From positions 64,001-128,000 of the forward strand of contig JAWLHY010000017.1 in assembly GCA_041690135.1 (NCBI GenBank): a stretch of DNA of 64,000 nt, given 5' to 3'. Numbering within the stretch: the stretch's first letter is position 1; each line of letters starts with the position of its first letter. The DNA comes from Armatimonadota bacterium. GTDB taxonomy: Bacteria; Armatimonadota; SYMT01. Below the pieces are notes generated by a model. The model did not search any database, had not been told where the DNA came from, and was given only the letters and a program-made list of their open reading frames with translations. Below are positions 1 through 11,037 of this stretch, piece by piece. The position numbers and the translations under genes are program-made.

Positions 1-2099
1 CCGATTCCGCATTCCAGGAGAGCGGCTTTGTGGATTGCAAACGGGTCTCCGGGGCGGCGACAGTCGCGAAGTTCCTCCGGAGCGACGATGCGGCACTCCA
101 GTCCCAGATCGTGGGAGACGAGGTGAAGCACCGGTTCGGCCAACACCTGGGAGGTTGCGCGCACGGGTAACCGGCCGTTGAGGTGGAGAGCCATGTTCAA
201 TACGGCTCCCCCCAACTCGCAGGCCTGGGGAGGGGTATCCGTCCATCCCCCCGCCAGGTCCACGCGAACCGGCGCCGTTACCGTCACTTGGTAGGAAGGC
301 GGGGCCTGCCAGGAGATCTCAACTGGGGGCTCGGAGCGAGAGGTGATTCCCCGCCGGATCGCGGCGAAGGCACGTTGGTGGAACGGACCGACCGGTTCCT
401 TCTCCTCCGCGAGCATGGCGCAGAGCCGGAAGATGCGCGCCGAGAGGAGCGGGTCCTTGTCGCGTGCCGCCCGGAGACGGAGTTCGTTTCGTAGGATTGC
501 CCGGTGCTCCGGTGCTATCTCTGCCGCCAGCACCGCCGCGGAGAGCTCCGGGTCCTGGCGTAAGCTTGATGCGAGGGCTTCCGCTTGCAGGTGCCGGCGC
601 AGTCGAGCTTCGTACTTCCACCAGTGGCTTGCATCGAAGCGCTCGTGAACCTCTGCGAGCGAAAGCAGCGGAGTCTCGTCCCAGCGTTTCCCTACCGCTT
701 GCCGGCCCTGAAGCCAATCGAGGGCAAACGGCAGCAGGTGTGGAGTGACGGTGGGGAAGAGCCGCGCGTTCCAGAGCGTGCGGTCGTCCATCGGGAGATC
801 CTCCGCCCAGAGCTCGGCCGTCGAAAGACCCCGACGCTGCGCCCACGAGACGAGCTCCTCTCCCATCAGCAGCGCGTCCGGTCCTCGCTTCGGGTCATCC
901 CCGACCCCGAGGACCACCAGGGCACGACGGAAGGCGCCTTCACCAAGTAGTGGAGACTGGTAGGCAAGGCGATGATCATCCACCACGGCCTGCCCGCAGC
1001 GGGTGTGGAACCCCAACACGTACGACCCGTTTCCCACCACCAAGGGCGACTCGACATGGCAGAAATGAACCACGGAACCAGCCCCCGCCATAAGGGCGCC
1101 GTCTTCCACGGCGGACTGAAGGAGGAGCGGCGCGGGAGGACCGTCCAGGTGTAGGATGCGCAGGAGCTCGGCGGTGGTGCCGAAGTGCAGGAACTCCCCA
1201 TCCTCCGGACAGAGGACCTGGAGTGAGTGCCGTTTCAGCGCCTCCAGGCAGGGGTTTTCACGACGGGTTGTGTCGTCGTGTCCCGGTACAAGGGCCGGGA
1301 GGAGGTCGCCGTACAGGTCCAGGCCGCGCCAGCGTTCCGGACCGGCAAGAACGCGGTCCTGGAACGTGGCACCGTCCGCCTGGAGTGCCGTGGCCAGGAG
1401 GTCGGCCACGACCGGGGCGGAAACGTGGGCCACCCCGGTATCGAGCGGCGCACGGCTGCGGAAACCGAGGTCGCGAAGTTGCGCGACATGCGGCTTCTGC
1501 AGAGCCCTGGTCGCCTTGCCGGAAGCCAGGTCCCAGAGGTAGACGCCGTGGCGCGACGCCTGCTCCAGCGGGGCCGGCCAGGCCCAGCCGACCGCATCAC
1601 TCACCGGAAAGGGGGCGGATGACGAACCCCGGAAAAGGACATCGCCACAAGCCACGACCACCCCGGAGCGGGCGCCGGCACACAGTGCGGCCAGGCTGCG
1701 GACGACGGCGGCAAGCAAATACTCGTCACCGGATTCCTGACTGATAGGGGCGAAGGCCTTGCCCAGCGAGGCAAACTGGGGCAGGCGCTGCGACAGGCCG
1801 CCGCAATGGACGAGCAGGATACGGAAACGATCGAGTTGTTCCGCCAGGGCTGAAGTGTCGGGTTCGCCTTCCGGTATACGGATCCCGAGTTGATCCAGCG
1901 CTGCTGAGAGCGCATAGATCGTGGAACCGCCGCTGCCGGGCGGCGAGCCGGGAGGATCGGCGACTACCAGGGTCTGCCGGGTCCACTCCCGGAGCGGCGA
2001 CTGCGCGAGCCGTCGCTCGAACAACCATTGCTGCGCCGGATCGCGGGCTGTCAGGATCGTGAGATCGAACGGCGGCGGCGAGAGGGTAGAGGAAGTCAT
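1..2099 (-). CDS. fkp: Bifunctional L-fucokinase / L-fucose-1-phosphate guanylyltransferase (Fkp-like), 3'-truncated by window edge
   Basis: Not in the ORF track because it has no stop in the window. Manual translation from ATG at 2099 (TGATG overlap with the upstream GT4 stop) gives MTSSTLSPPPFDLTILTA...VVADPPGSPPGSGGST...RILLVHCGGLSQRLPQFASLGKAF (pyrophosphorylase N-terminus). In the same frame near 290-230 is TAPVRVDLAGGWTDTPP...GGAVLNMAL (GHMP fucokinase motif). Confidence 0.88.
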   Translation of the reverse strand, partial: MTSSTLSPPPFDLTILTARDPAQQWLFERRLAQSPLREWTRQTLVVADPPGSPPGSGGSTIYALSAALDQLGIRIPEGEPDTSALAEQLDRFRILLVHCGGLSQRLPQFASLGKAFAPISQESGDEYLLAAVVRSLAALCAGARSGVVVACGDVLFRGSSSAPFPVSDAVGWAWPAPLEQASRHGVYLWDLASGKATRALQKPHVAQLRDLGFRSRAPLDTGVAHVSAPVVADLLATALQADGATFQDRVLAGPERWRGLDLYGDLLPALVPGHDDTTRRENPCLEALKRHSLQVLCPEDGEFLHFGTTAELLRILHLDGPPAPLLLQSAVEDGALMAGAGSVVHFCHVESPLVVGNGSYVLGFHTRCGQAVVDDHRLAYQSPLLGEGAFRRALVVLGVGDDPKRGPDALLMGEELVSWAQRRGLSTAELWAEDLPMDDRTLWNARLFPTVTPHLLPFALDWLQGRQAVGKRWDETPLLSLAEVHERFDASHWWKYEARLRRHLQAEALASSLRQDPELSAAVLAAEIAPEHRAILRNELRLRAARDKDPLLSARIFRLCAMLAEEKEPVGPFHQRAFAAIRRGITSRSEPPVEISWQAPPSYQVTVTAPVRVDLAGGWTDTPPQACELGGAVLNMALHLNGRLPVRATSQVLAEPVLHLVSHDLGLECRIVAPEELRDCRRPGDPFAIHKAALLECGI

Positions 2100-3292
2100 C
2101 ACCCGGCGACTCCGCGGGCGGCGAGTTCGCCGAGATAGAGGCGGCTGAGGTCTTCCACCAGGCGCTCTACGGAAAAGCGGGGATAAACGTGGTCCCGACC
2201 GGCGCGCGCCATTCGGTTGGCAGCTTCCCGGTCTTGCAATTGCTCCACCACCGCCCGCGCCAGTGAGCTCGCATCACCCGGAGATACGATCCGGCCCGTC
2301 TCGCCGTCCACGACGAGATCCCGCACCGACCCCACGTTGGTTGCCACGACCGGACGCCCGGCTGCCAGCGCCTCGATGAGGGTAACCGGTAAACCTTCGT
2401 TGATCGAGCTCAAGACCACTGCATCCAGGTCAGCGTAGATCGCGGGCAGGTCACGGCGAAACCCCAGGAACCGCACCTTGCGGAGCCCCCGGGTGGCGGC
2501 CTGTTGTTCCAGTTCGGCCCGCAGTTCGCCGTCTCCTACGATCAGGAACTCTGTTTCGGGCAGGGCGTGAGCGACCTTCGCGGCAGCCTCCAGGAAGAGC
2601 GCGTGCGCCTTGACCGGCACCAGGCGGGCCACGATGCCGACGAGAGGAGTCTCTGCATCGATAGCCAATTCGGAGCGGAGACGGCCGCGGTAAACCTCTG
2701 CTTTTAGAAATGGCTCCAGCTCCAGTCCCAGGGGGACGCGCACCATCTGTTCGGGACGGCCCACCCCGTAACCCAGGATCTCTTCTTCTTGCGCTTGCCC
2801 GAGGACGATGAGACGATCGGTAAGGCGCGCCAGGCCTCGTTCGATCCCGATGATCATGCGGCTCGTTCGGGGTGAGAAGTACCCGTGGAAGACGTGCCCG
2901 TGGTAGGTGTGGATGACCACAGGCACGCGCGCCAGGTGGGCCGCCAACCGCCCCGCCATGCCCGCTTTGGCCAGGTGGGTGTGGACGATCTGTGGGCGAA
3001 ACCGCCTGATCTCGCGGTACAGGTGCGCCACGGTGGCCAGATCGGATCGCAGGGAGATCTCGCGGCCCAGGCCCGGAACTCGGGCGAAGGGCACCGACCG
3101 CTCCCGCGCCAGGGGTTCCATGCTGCCTTCGTTCGCCCCCACGTTGCCCACCAGGAGGCGACACTCCCAATCGGGGGCACGCAGGCGCTCGGAAAGGTAG
3201 ATCGCCTGATAGGAAGGGCCGCCGACATTGAGCCGGGTGATGATGCGCAGCAGGCGTACCGGATCACCGGTATTCGGAGCCTTACCCATCAA
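2099..3292 (-). CDS. Glycosyltransferase family 4 (GT-B)
   Basis: IITRLNVGGP N-terminus, HTHLAKAG, HTYHGH, VARLVPVKAH, SSINEGLPVTLIEALAAG (E-x7-E motif). Confidence 0.93.
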   Translation of the reverse strand: MMGKAPNTGDPVRLLRIITRLNVGGPSYQAIYLSERLRAPDWECRLLVGNVGANEGSMEPLARERSVPFARVPGLGREISLRSDLATVAHLYREIRRFRPQIVHTHLAKAGMAGRLAAHLARVPVVIHTYHGHVFHGYFSPRTSRMIIGIERGLARLTDRLIVLGQAQEEEILGYGVGRPEQMVRVPLGLELEPFLKAEVYRGRLRSELAIDAETPLVGIVARLVPVKAHALFLEAAAKVAHALPETEFLIVGDGELRAELEQQAATRGLRKVRFLGFRRDLPAIYADLDAVVLSSINEGLPVTLIEALAAGRPVVATNVGSVRDLVVDGETGRIVSPGDASSLARAVVEQLQDREAANRMARAGRDHVYPRFSVERLVEDLSRLYLGELAARGVAG

Positions 3293-4160
3293 GGCGTCCC
3301 GCGTAAAAGTACCGGTTGCCCCAGCTACCCGGCCGGAGGGAAGAGCAGGCCTGAGAAACCTTGCGCAGGGAATACAGGGCCACGGAACGGGGACGTTTCA
3401 GGTCGGCGGGGCGAAGGAATGCCGGAGCGGGCCAGGCCACCTCGCGGAGCAGGAATTCCTGTTCCTGGAGACCAAAGCGGCGGAACAGGGCCCGCTGACC
3501 GGTCGCAGTCGCTAGTGTGACGTGATAGGGGGCCATCTCGACCGGTTTGCGACCGGTGAGGCCGCGCATCAGCTTCAGTCCCAGGGTGAAGAGGCAATTG
3601 TTGGCTTCCAGCGGCCCCTGCGCCAGGAGCACTCCGCCGGGTCGCAACAATCGCGTGATCTCCGGTATCTGGCGGTCCATCACCGTCAGGTGTTCCAGGA
3701 CGTCGCCGAGATGGAGGACGTTGGCAAGTGCCTGTCCGCCCCCGGGGAGGTGGGTTGTATCGGAGACGACCGTGGCTCCCGTCCGCGCTGCCACCTGCGT
3801 GGCGACCTCCGCGCTGAGCTCCACCCCCACCGCCTTCCAGCCAGCCTCCCGCGCGGCGGTCAGCAGCTCCCCCTGTCCGCAACCGTAGTCGAGGAATGTA
3901 CCTCGCGGCAGCGTGCGCAGCCAGTGCAGGACTCGTGTGGGCTGCTTGGGGTCCGCGATCGCCGGGTCGTGGGCGAAGTTGGCGGCGTACTCGGGGCCGT
4001 ACATCCGCTCCAGCAGCTCCGGGTTCGGCATGGGACTGCAATAAAGTGACGCGCAGTTCCGGCACTCGCGATATTCGAACTCCTGTCCGGCGTAGTGCAC
4101 CGCGCCCATCCAGGAAGCCTGGCTCACCTCACAGGCGCAGAGAGGGCAGCGGGTCAGCAC
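3282..4160 (-). CDS. Class I SAM-dependent methyltransferase with N-terminal Cys cluster
   Basis: CPLC...CRNC zinc-ribbon-like start, LDYGCGQG motif I, DVLEHL. Start reassigned to GTG 4160, overlapping the asnB stop (track start 4244). Confidence 0.85.
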   Translation of the reverse strand: MLTRCPLCACEVSQASWMGAVHYAGQEFEYRECRNCASLYCSPMPNPELLERMYGPEYAANFAHDPAIADPKQPTRVLHWLRTLPRGTFLDYGCGQGELLTAAREAGWKAVGVELSAEVATQVAARTGATVVSDTTHLPGGGQALANVLHLGDVLEHLTVMDRQIPEITRLLRPGGVLLAQGPLEANNCLFTLGLKLMRGLTGRKPVEMAPYHVTLATATGQRALFRRFGLQEQEFLLREVAWPAPAFLRPADLKRPRSVALYSLRKVSQACSSLRPGSWGNRYFYAGRLDG

Positions 4161-6112
4161 GCCGCGACCTCGGGAGTCGGAGCCGTAGGGGGACAAGACT
4201 CCACGACTTCCGTGTGCCACAACTCCAGCATGAGGAGGCTCCACAACTTGAAGGTGTGATCGGCCTGGGAAGCCACGTGCTCATCTACCAGGCGCCGGAC
4301 GACGTCGGGCCGGAAGTACCCGCGATCCAGGGCCTGTTGGGAGAACAGAGAGTCTTCCAGAAACTCCCGGAGCGGTCCCCGGAACCAATCTCCTACGGGC
4401 ACACCGAACCCCATCTTTCCGCGCCGGGCATTCTCCCCAGGGAGCAGGTCCGAGAACGCCCGCTTCAGGAGATATTTGCTGGTGCGCCCCCGCAGCTTGT
4501 ACTCCACCGGTAGCCGGGCCGCAAACTCCATGACCTCGTGGTCCAGGAACGGAGAGCGGGCTTCCAGGCTCGTGGCCATCGTGGCGATATCCACCTTCAC
4601 CAGCAGGTCGTAGGGCAAGTAGCTCTGCACGTCCGCCGACATCGTCGCATCGACCACCTCCCTCGCGCCGGCAATCTCGAACAGTTGCCGCATCCAGCGC
4701 TGCGGCTCACCTTCGGGATCCTCCGAGCTTTTCGGGGGAAGCTGCGACAGAAGCTCGGGGCCATAGAGCGCGGCCTTCTCTTCCGGGTGGAAGTAGCTGA
4801 CCCAGCGGCCGTAGCGATCGGCCAGGGGACGGTGGGCGACCGCCAGGAACCGGTGCAGGCGCCGGAGGTGGTTCTTGGGATCGATCGAGTCGGGCACTAG
4901 GCGCGTGAGACCGCCTGCCAGGGCGCGGAAGCCGGGGGTGCGGCGAAGGCGCTCCGCCATTTGCGCCGCCAGGTACCGCTCGTAACCGGCGAAGCTCTCA
5001 TCGCCGCCGTCTCCGTTGAGCGCGACCGTGACGTTCCGGCGCGTCATCTGCGCGACGTAGAAGGTGGGGATGGCGGACGAGTCGGCATAGGGCTCTCCGT
5101 AGTGGCGCACGAGCATTGGTAGGACGGACAGCGCGTCCGGCCGGACCACGTGCTCCTGGTGCTCCGTCCCCCAGCGTTCGGCGACCCGGCGAGCGTGCTC
5201 CAGCTCATTGTACGCGGCTTCGGCAAAACCGATGGAAAAGGTCCGGACTGGCCGGCCCGAGACCTGGGCCATCAGGCCGACGACGATGCTGGAGTCGATC
5301 CCTCCCGAGAGGAAAGCCCCCAGAGGCACGTCGCTGATCATGCGCAAACGCACCGCTTCCGTGAGCTTCTCGCGCAAGCCCTCGCAGGCTTCCGCTTCCG
5401 AGATCCGGAGCTTGGGCTGGTAATCCAGCGACCAGTACTGCTCGGTCCGGACGCGGAGCCCTTCGGGGATGACGTCCAGCGTCAACCAGTGGCCGGGGAG
5501 TAGCTTCGCGATTCCGGTAAACCCGGTTGCGGGACCGGGGATATAGCCCCAGGAGAGGTAAGCGTCCATTGACGCCCGGTCGATCTCCCGCGGGATCTCC
5601 GGGTCCGCCAGAAGCCCCTGCAACTCCGAGGCAAAGGCGAAGCGGTCGCCACCGTGAGCCTGCCGCCAGTAGAACAGCGGCTTTTTGCCGACGCGGTCGC
5701 GGGCCAGGAAGAGCCGCTTCCGGTTCTGGTCCCAGATGCCGAAGGCGAACATCCCGCGAAACCGCCGCACGCATTCGGTTCCCCACTGTTCGTAAGCGTG
5801 GACCAGGACCTCCGTATCCGTGCGCGTGTGGAACCGGTGACCCAGGCCCTCCAGCTCGGCGCGCAGGGAGGCGAAGTTATACACCTCGCCGTTGAAGGTG
5901 ATCCAGACGGTGCCGTCTTCGTTGGACAGCGGCTGCCGGCCCGCTTCCGACAGGTCGATGATGGAGAGACGGCGATGGCCGAGAGCGCACCAGTCGTCCG
6001 ACCAGATCCCGGATGCGTCGGGACCGCGGTGCCGCTGGGCATCCAGCATCCGGCGAACGGCGAGGTCCCGGTTTTCCCTTTCCGAGCTGATTTTTCCACC
6101 GATGCCACACAT
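4154..6112 (-). CDS. asnB: Asparagine synthase (glutamine-hydrolysing)-family amidotransferase, polysaccharide-cluster type
   Basis: Begins MCGIGG (Ntn Cys2); HRGPD, HRRLSIIDLS, FNGEVYN, LSGGIDSS, GDGGDESFAGY, LEARSPFLD. True start ATG 6112. Confidence 0.93.
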   Translation of the reverse strand: MCGIGGKISSERENRDLAVRRMLDAQRHRGPDASGIWSDDWCALGHRRLSIIDLSEAGRQPLSNEDGTVWITFNGEVYNFASLRAELEGLGHRFHTRTDTEVLVHAYEQWGTECVRRFRGMFAFGIWDQNRKRLFLARDRVGKKPLFYWRQAHGGDRFAFASELQGLLADPEIPREIDRASMDAYLSWGYIPGPATGFTGIAKLLPGHWLTLDVIPEGLRVRTEQYWSLDYQPKLRISEAEACEGLREKLTEAVRLRMISDVPLGAFLSGGIDSSIVVGLMAQVSGRPVRTFSIGFAEAAYNELEHARRVAERWGTEHQEHVVRPDALSVLPMLVRHYGEPYADSSAIPTFYVAQMTRRNVTVALNGDGGDESFAGYERYLAAQMAERLRRTPGFRALAGGLTRLVPDSIDPKNHLRRLHRFLAVAHRPLADRYGRWVSYFHPEEKAALYGPELLSQLPPKSSEDPEGEPQRWMRQLFEIAGAREVVDATMSADVQSYLPYDLLVKVDIATMATSLEARSPFLDHEVMEFAARLPVEYKLRGRTSKYLLKRAFSDLLPGENARRGKMGFGVPVGDWFRGPLREFLEDSLFSQQALDRGYFRPDVVRRLVDEHVASQADHTFKLWSLLMLELWHTEVVESCPPTAPTPEVAAC

Positions 6113-6370
6113 AGAGAGTGCTACGCTGCTTTCGCCGGCATTCAGTCCGGCCGGGGATACAAAAAGGGGCGCTCGAAAGGCCGAAAGAAGACGCAGGCCA
6201 GAGGGATGCAGAGAGGCGCCAGAATCCCTACGGAAAGCGCGACCCTGGCGTCCGCCGCCACCCCGAGAAACTTTCCCACCGGCCCGACCAGGTGGAGCCA
6301 CAGAAGGCGGCAGAGCCAGTCCTGGGGATCGACGGTGCGGTGCACGTATGCGAGGCGCATGGCGAACGCT

Positions 6371-7285
6371 TCACTCCGCCATAGTACCGCCGTTCCCGCT
6401 TCCGGTTACGGTTGATGGTGGCGCCGGATACTCCTCGTCCGGAAGGTCCGGACGAGTCTTGCCAAAGATGAGCGCATAGTCTCGCTCCTCCAGGGGGCGG
6501 CGGACCTTCGCGGGAACTCCCGCAATCAGGCTGTAGGGTTCCTGGAACGGCCGGGTAATAACGGAAGCCAACCCCACGACGCAGCAGTCCGGGATGGTTG
6601 CCCCCGGTGCGAACCGCAGCTCCGACCCCAGGTAGCAGTAATTCCCAATGCGTACCGGTTGCCCCGTGCGGATGTTGTGGGTCCAGATCGAACTGTTGCG
6701 GCCGCCCAGGATGGAACAGCGACCGATCTCCACCCGGTCGGTGAAGTCGATGCGGTGCTCCGCGGTGATGACCGAGCCGTACCCCAGGATAAAGGTCGAG
6801 TCGGGATCGTTCGTGCAGTCGTGGTCGCGGATCGCGTTGATGAAGCAAAGCCGCCGTACGTGGGAGTAGTCGCCCAGCTCGATTCGCTGTCCACCGCTGA
6901 AGAGGTTGAGCGAGCCAAGATGGACGTGCTGCCCGAGGGTGACCTGGCCGCACCCCAGGAACACGACGCCGTGAGAAATACGGCTCTCCGCACCGACGGT
7001 CAGGCTCTCGCAGTCCAGGTAGGCGAGACCGACCTGCGCCCGGGGGCTGATCCGGTAGCCGAAGCAGGCTCGATACACCCAGCGTTTCAGTGGCGGCGGA
7101 AGCACCGCCGTCGCCACGAGGCCGAGTTGTCGCAGCCGCGTCCGGATCCGGCGAAGCCGGCCGCGTCTCTCGCGGGGCGTCGCTGCGGAAGTCACCCGTG
7201 GAAGCGTGCCGGCCCCACCCGTCACGGTAGGAGCCTCAGGCATTTCGGAGCGTTTGATGACAGTCGGACCGCGTTCTTCACCCAT
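6371..7285 (-). CDS. Hexapeptide-repeat (left-handed beta-helix) acyltransferase
   Basis: Repeated IG/LG hexapeptide turns, [28 protein letters not shown]. Start uncertain. Confidence 0.8.
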   Translation of the reverse strand: MGEERGPTVIKRSEMPEAPTVTGGAGTLPRVTSAATPRERRGRLRRIRTRLRQLGLVATAVLPPPLKRWVYRACFGYRISPRAQVGLAYLDCESLTVGAESRISHGVVFLGCGQVTLGQHVHLGSLNLFSGGQRIELGDYSHVRRLCFINAIRDHDCTNDPDSTFILGYGSVITAEHRIDFTDRVEIGRCSILGGRNSSIWTHNIRTGQPVRIGNYCYLGSELRFAPGATIPDCCVVGLASVITRPFQEPYSLIAGVPAKVRRPLEERDYALIFGKTRPDLPDEEYPAPPSTVTGSGNGGTMAE

Positions 7286-8477
7286 CTCCCGGGCTCCCCG
7301 CCTGGTTTCCCGACGCGTTCCACCCCAGGGGCCCTCCGCTGGTGAGCGGCCGGCCGGCAGGGACCGGCGCTACCCGCACGGGCTCTCCCGTCGCGACCCC
7401 CTCGAGGACGGAGGTGAGACGCGGCGCGTGTGCCTGAAGTGAGTAGCGGTCGCGTACGGACGCCTGTCCGGCCTGGGAGCAGCGCCGGCGGAGTGCGGCG
7501 TCATCAAGAAGTGCTTCCAGGCTTTCCACCCACTCTCGTGGGTTTGCGGCCAGGAGCCCATTCTCGCCGTGAGAGATCACCTCGGTCGTCATTCCCACGG
7601 GGGAAGCGACGCAAGGCACGCCGGCCGCCTGATACTGGATGGCCTTGAACGCGCATTTCCCCCGGCTCCAGTCATCCTCCACGATCGGATAGACCCCCAG
7701 GTCGAGGCTGCGGAAGTCGCGGACCTCCGTCTCCAATCGCCACGTTCGATTGTCCACCGTCACTCCGGGTATCTCTACCGGCGATCCCGCGCCGATTACG
7801 CGGAAGAGGAACTCGCGCCGCCGCGCCAATTCCTGGAGCGGCTCCGAAAGCAGGCGGAGATATTGCGCCGTGGAATGGCTACCGATCCAACCGATGACCG
7901 GTCGGCCCGCCGGGTCGGGCTCCGGCCGGGTCTGCGCAAACAAATCGGTATCCACCACCGTGGGCAACACGGTCACGCGGGGGTGGTAACGCCGCGCATA
8001 CTCGGCCAGGTAGTCGTTCCCCGCCAGCACGTGCGCGCTCTCGGCGACGATGCGTGCGGTCTTCCCGGGGCACTTCAGCCAGGACGCCAGCCTTCCGTAA
8101 GTCGGACTACTGTAGGCGACGAACACGGCGTCGTCAAAGTCGAAAACCAGCGGCCGGCGGAGCACCTTCGCGAGAAACTGCTCTATCAGGGGCGGGCCGA
8201 ACAACATCGCCTCGCGGGTTACGCACACGACGTCGAACCGGCGCGAGCGGTGCAGATCGCGGCAGCGGCGCAGGGCGGCTAGCGCCAGCGCCCAGGCCTT
8301 CCAGCCGGTTCGTCCGGGGGTGTAGAGCGACCCGAACACGGACTCGGTCAGGAAGGGCCGAAGTTCTACGTCGAAACCGTGCTCGCGGAGGTATGGGAAG
8401 TACTGGAGCACCCGGTAGCGCGTGCTTGCCGCACTGGCCGGTTGGCAGGAGAGGAACAGTACCCGAGGGCGAGTCAC
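7278..8477 (-). CDS. Glycosyltransferase family 4
   Basis: [45 protein letters not shown]. Start reassigned to GTG 8477 (GTGA overlap with upstream stop). Confidence 0.88.
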   Translation of the reverse strand: MTRPRVLFLSCQPASAASTRYRVLQYFPYLREHGFDVELRPFLTESVFGSLYTPGRTGWKAWALALAALRRCRDLHRSRRFDVVCVTREAMLFGPPLIEQFLAKVLRRPLVFDFDDAVFVAYSSPTYGRLASWLKCPGKTARIVAESAHVLAGNDYLAEYARRYHPRVTVLPTVVDTDLFAQTRPEPDPAGRPVIGWIGSHSTAQYLRLLSEPLQELARRREFLFRVIGAGSPVEIPGVTVDNRTWRLETEVRDFRSLDLGVYPIVEDDWSRGKCAFKAIQYQAAGVPCVASPVGMTTEVISHGENGLLAANPREWVESLEALLDDAALRRRCSQAGQASVRDRYSLQAHAPRLTSVLEGVATGEPVRVAPVPAGRPLTSGGPLGWNASGNQAGSPGDG

Positions 8478-9802
8478 TGGACCACTCCCACTTGTGACTG
8501 CCGGGTCGCCTCTAACTGCCGTTTCATCTGAAGCCTGGCCAGGGCGGCCCGCTCGAGCCCGACGGCCGCGAAGATGAAGAGCCACGGCAGCAACTGGGCG
8601 CGCTGGCGGAACACCAGGCCCACGTTCCCGAACATCAGCGAATAGAGCAACCCGAACCCGAGGATGAACAGCAGCAGCACGAGCACGTCCTGCGTCCGGT
8701 GCCGCAGGCAGTATCGCAGTCCGGGGATGAGGCCCGCCGCCACCAGCCACCACCAGTACAACAACTCCGGAAGCGACAGCAACATTCGCAGGCTGGCTCC
8801 TCCCAACTGCCAGGGGAACGGCGCGAGCAGCAGGTGCACGGCGCCGACGCTCGTTCCCAGGGCAAAGCCGGTGGGCGTCCGCACGTCGTAGCCCGTCTCG
8901 ACCCCACTGCGCGCACCCCACTTGGCCCCACCCGTGGAGACATCACGCCGGAAGTTCTGCACGCGATCGAGACTGAACGTCTCCAACTCCTGCTCGCGCC
9001 GGGCAAAGGAACTGCTCGTGACGAAGAGCACTCCCAGGAGAACGGCGAACAGCAGTCCCGGTCGCGCGCGCTGGGGACGCAGAATCTCGGGAGCCACAAG
9101 CGCCGTAGCTACGGCCAGTCCCACGATCCACGCGGCATAGAAGCGGAAGGGAATGAGCAGGACCACCGTCACCACGCAGAGCACGAGGTGAGGAATGGAT
9201 AGCCCGTGTTTCCGGAGGCGCACGCAGCCGTAGAGCGCCAGGGTCTCCAGGAAGATGATGACCGGCTCCTTCACCGTCAACGCCGACCAGATCAGCATGG
9301 AGGGGAAGAGCGTGGTCCACCAACCGACCCAGTACGCTACCCAAGATGAGAACAGCGAACGGGCGATTCGGTAAGCGAAGACCACGGTAAGGGCGCCGAA
9401 GAACCCGTTGAGCGCCGCCGCAACCAGGCGGAACGGCAGATTGGTGATGAAGAAGCAGGCGCCCAGGAGGTAGCTGTACCCCTTGTGGTGACCGTCGAAC
9501 GCTCCGGCCAGGGCGAACGGGAGTTGGAAAAGCGAGAGCCCCTGGCGCTCCCAGGTGGACTTCATGCCCACGCCGGTCCACCACCCGCTCGCATCCTCGT
9601 CCCCAAAGACGTTGATGCCGCCGAACTGATAGATCCCGACCGAAAGCACGTACCGCAGCAGGTAAGCGGCCACGAAGAGGCGCACCTGGAACTGCACGTC
9701 GGCCCGTTCGCCGCGCGTGTTCGACGTGATGACGAACCCCAGCCCCATGAGGAGGCAGAAGACCAGAGTTCCTTCGAAGAGTCCGGGGTTTTCGTAGACC
9801 AT
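8474..9802 (-). CDS. Polytopic membrane protein, putative Wzy-like polymerase / GT-C fold
   Basis: About 10-11 hydrophobic segments, early periplasmic acidic motif (GDEDASGW), KEP motif, large loop, and NVGLVFRQR near the C-terminus; sits among GT genes. Confidence 0.6.
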   Translation of the reverse strand: MVYENPGLFEGTLVFCLLMGLGFVITSNTRGERADVQFQVRLFVAAYLLRYVLSVGIYQFGGINVFGDEDASGWWTGVGMKSTWERQGLSLFQLPFALAGAFDGHHKGYSYLLGACFFITNLPFRLVAAALNGFFGALTVVFAYRIARSLFSSWVAYWVGWWTTLFPSMLIWSALTVKEPVIIFLETLALYGCVRLRKHGLSIPHLVLCVVTVVLLIPFRFYAAWIVGLAVATALVAPEILRPQRARPGLLFAVLLGVLFVTSSSFARREQELETFSLDRVQNFRRDVSTGGAKWGARSGVETGYDVRTPTGFALGTSVGAVHLLLAPFPWQLGGASLRMLLSLPELLYWWWLVAAGLIPGLRYCLRHRTQDVLVLLLFILGFGLLYSLMFGNVGLVFRQRAQLLPWLFIFAAVGLERAALARLQMKRQLEATRQSQVGVVQ

Positions 9803-11037
9803 CAGCTCAACCCGACCAGTCGCTCGTAGAGGCGGCGGTACCTCCGGCCGCCCACCTGGGCCAGATCGAAGTGCCGGACCGCGGCCTCCCGGCAGCGGTT
9901 GGCGCTATCGGGCTCGCTGCGGAGGCGGTCCGCCGTTTCCAAAGCGCGAGCGTACCCTTCCGGACCTAATGGATCCACTATCACCCCCACCCGCTCCCCG
10001 GTGACCAGGGCGTCCACGTCACCAATTCCCCCGTTACACACTACGGGTAATCCGGACGCGAGGTATTCGGCTAGTTTCGTTGGCGAGGATGCCAGCTTCG
10101 AATAGCACGGCTTGATGAAGGACAGGGCCAGGTCCGCTCCGCGCAGGTAGCGGGGAATCTCGCCGGGCGCAACCCGTCGGATGAGGCAATCGGTTTCCGG
10201 GACGCCCGCGGCGCGCAGGGGCTCACGGATCAGTTCCGGAGAACTTTGGGTCAGGATCAGCGAAAAGGTTGTGGGGTCCTGGCGGTGCGCCTCGCCCAGG
10301 AAGTCGGCCATCTCTGCTGTGAGGTACCACCCGCCCAACGCCCCGACGTACGCGATCACGCGCCGCCCTTCCCAGTGGAACTCCCTCCGGACCTCTGCAC
10401 GGGATGCGGTTTCCATTTCTGCGAACCGCTGCAGGTCCACGCAGCACGGAATAACGGCGAGCGGCCGCCCCTGGTCGTCCGTGTCGGTGCAACCGGGGAA
10501 AAGGATCTCCCGGGCTCGCTCCGTGAGAACGACCATGGCGTCCGCCGCCTGAAGGAGCTTCCCTTCGGCGGTTTTGGTCAGCCGGTAGTGGACTCCCCCT
10601 TGCTTCCAGATACCGGCGTCCACGTACTCTTCCGGCATGAACCCGCGGATGTCGAAGATCAGCTTGCCCCCCGCCAGGCGCTTCGCCAGGGCGCCCATCG
10701 CTGCCGCCATGTGCCCCCGTGCATGGTAAATGCCGATCCCTTCGCGGCGGGCAAGCCGCGCCGCGAAGCGCGCCCCGACCAGAATATCGAACACCGTGGC
10801 CGGCAAGGAGGGACGCTTATGGTAGGGAAGGTAACACCAGCGAATCCCTTCCGCTGCCAGCCGATCCGACCAGAATTGTATTTCTCGGGCCTCCCACGCG
10901 CGGGCCAGGTCCGGCTCGAAGGTGAGGAGACTCACCCCTACGCCCCCGTCCCGCAGTTGTCGTAGGTACGGTAGCACCTGGGTCTGGACCAATGGCTCCC
11001 GCAGTCCGAAGTAGCAGAGATAGAGCGTCCGAGTCAC
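9802..11037 (-). CDS. Glycosyltransferase family 4
   Basis: QTQVLPYL, FDIRGFMPEE, IPCCVD, ASSPTKLAEYLASGLPVV. Confidence 0.88.
   Translation of the reverse strand: MTRTLYLCYFGLREPLVQTQVLPYLRQLRDGGVGVSLLTFEPDLARAWEAREIQFWSDRLAAEGIRWCYLPYHKRPSLPATVFDILVGARFAARLARREGIGIYHARGHMAAAMGALAKRLAGGKLIFDIRGFMPEEYVDAGIWKQGGVHYRLTKTAEGKLLQAADAMVVLTERAREILFPGCTDTDDQGRPLAVIPCCVDLQRFAEMETASRAEVRREFHWEGRRVIAYVGALGGWYLTAEMADFLGEAHRQDPTTFSLILTQSSPELIREPLRAAGVPETDCLIRRVAPGEIPRYLRGADLALSFIKPCYSKLASSPTKLAEYLASGLPVVCNGGIGDVDALVTGERVGVIVDPLGPEGYARALETADRLRSEPDSANRCREAAVRHFDLAQVGGRRYRRLYERLVGLS

Noticed and set aside
183-2148. Many short ORFs in the track at the left end
   Set aside because: All are shadows of the long minus-strand fkp frame that lacks a stop in the window.
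4154-6112. AsnB as a lasso-peptide cyclase
   Set aside because: It has an intact glutaminase Cys2 domain; there is no B protein or precursor; the context is purely glycan.
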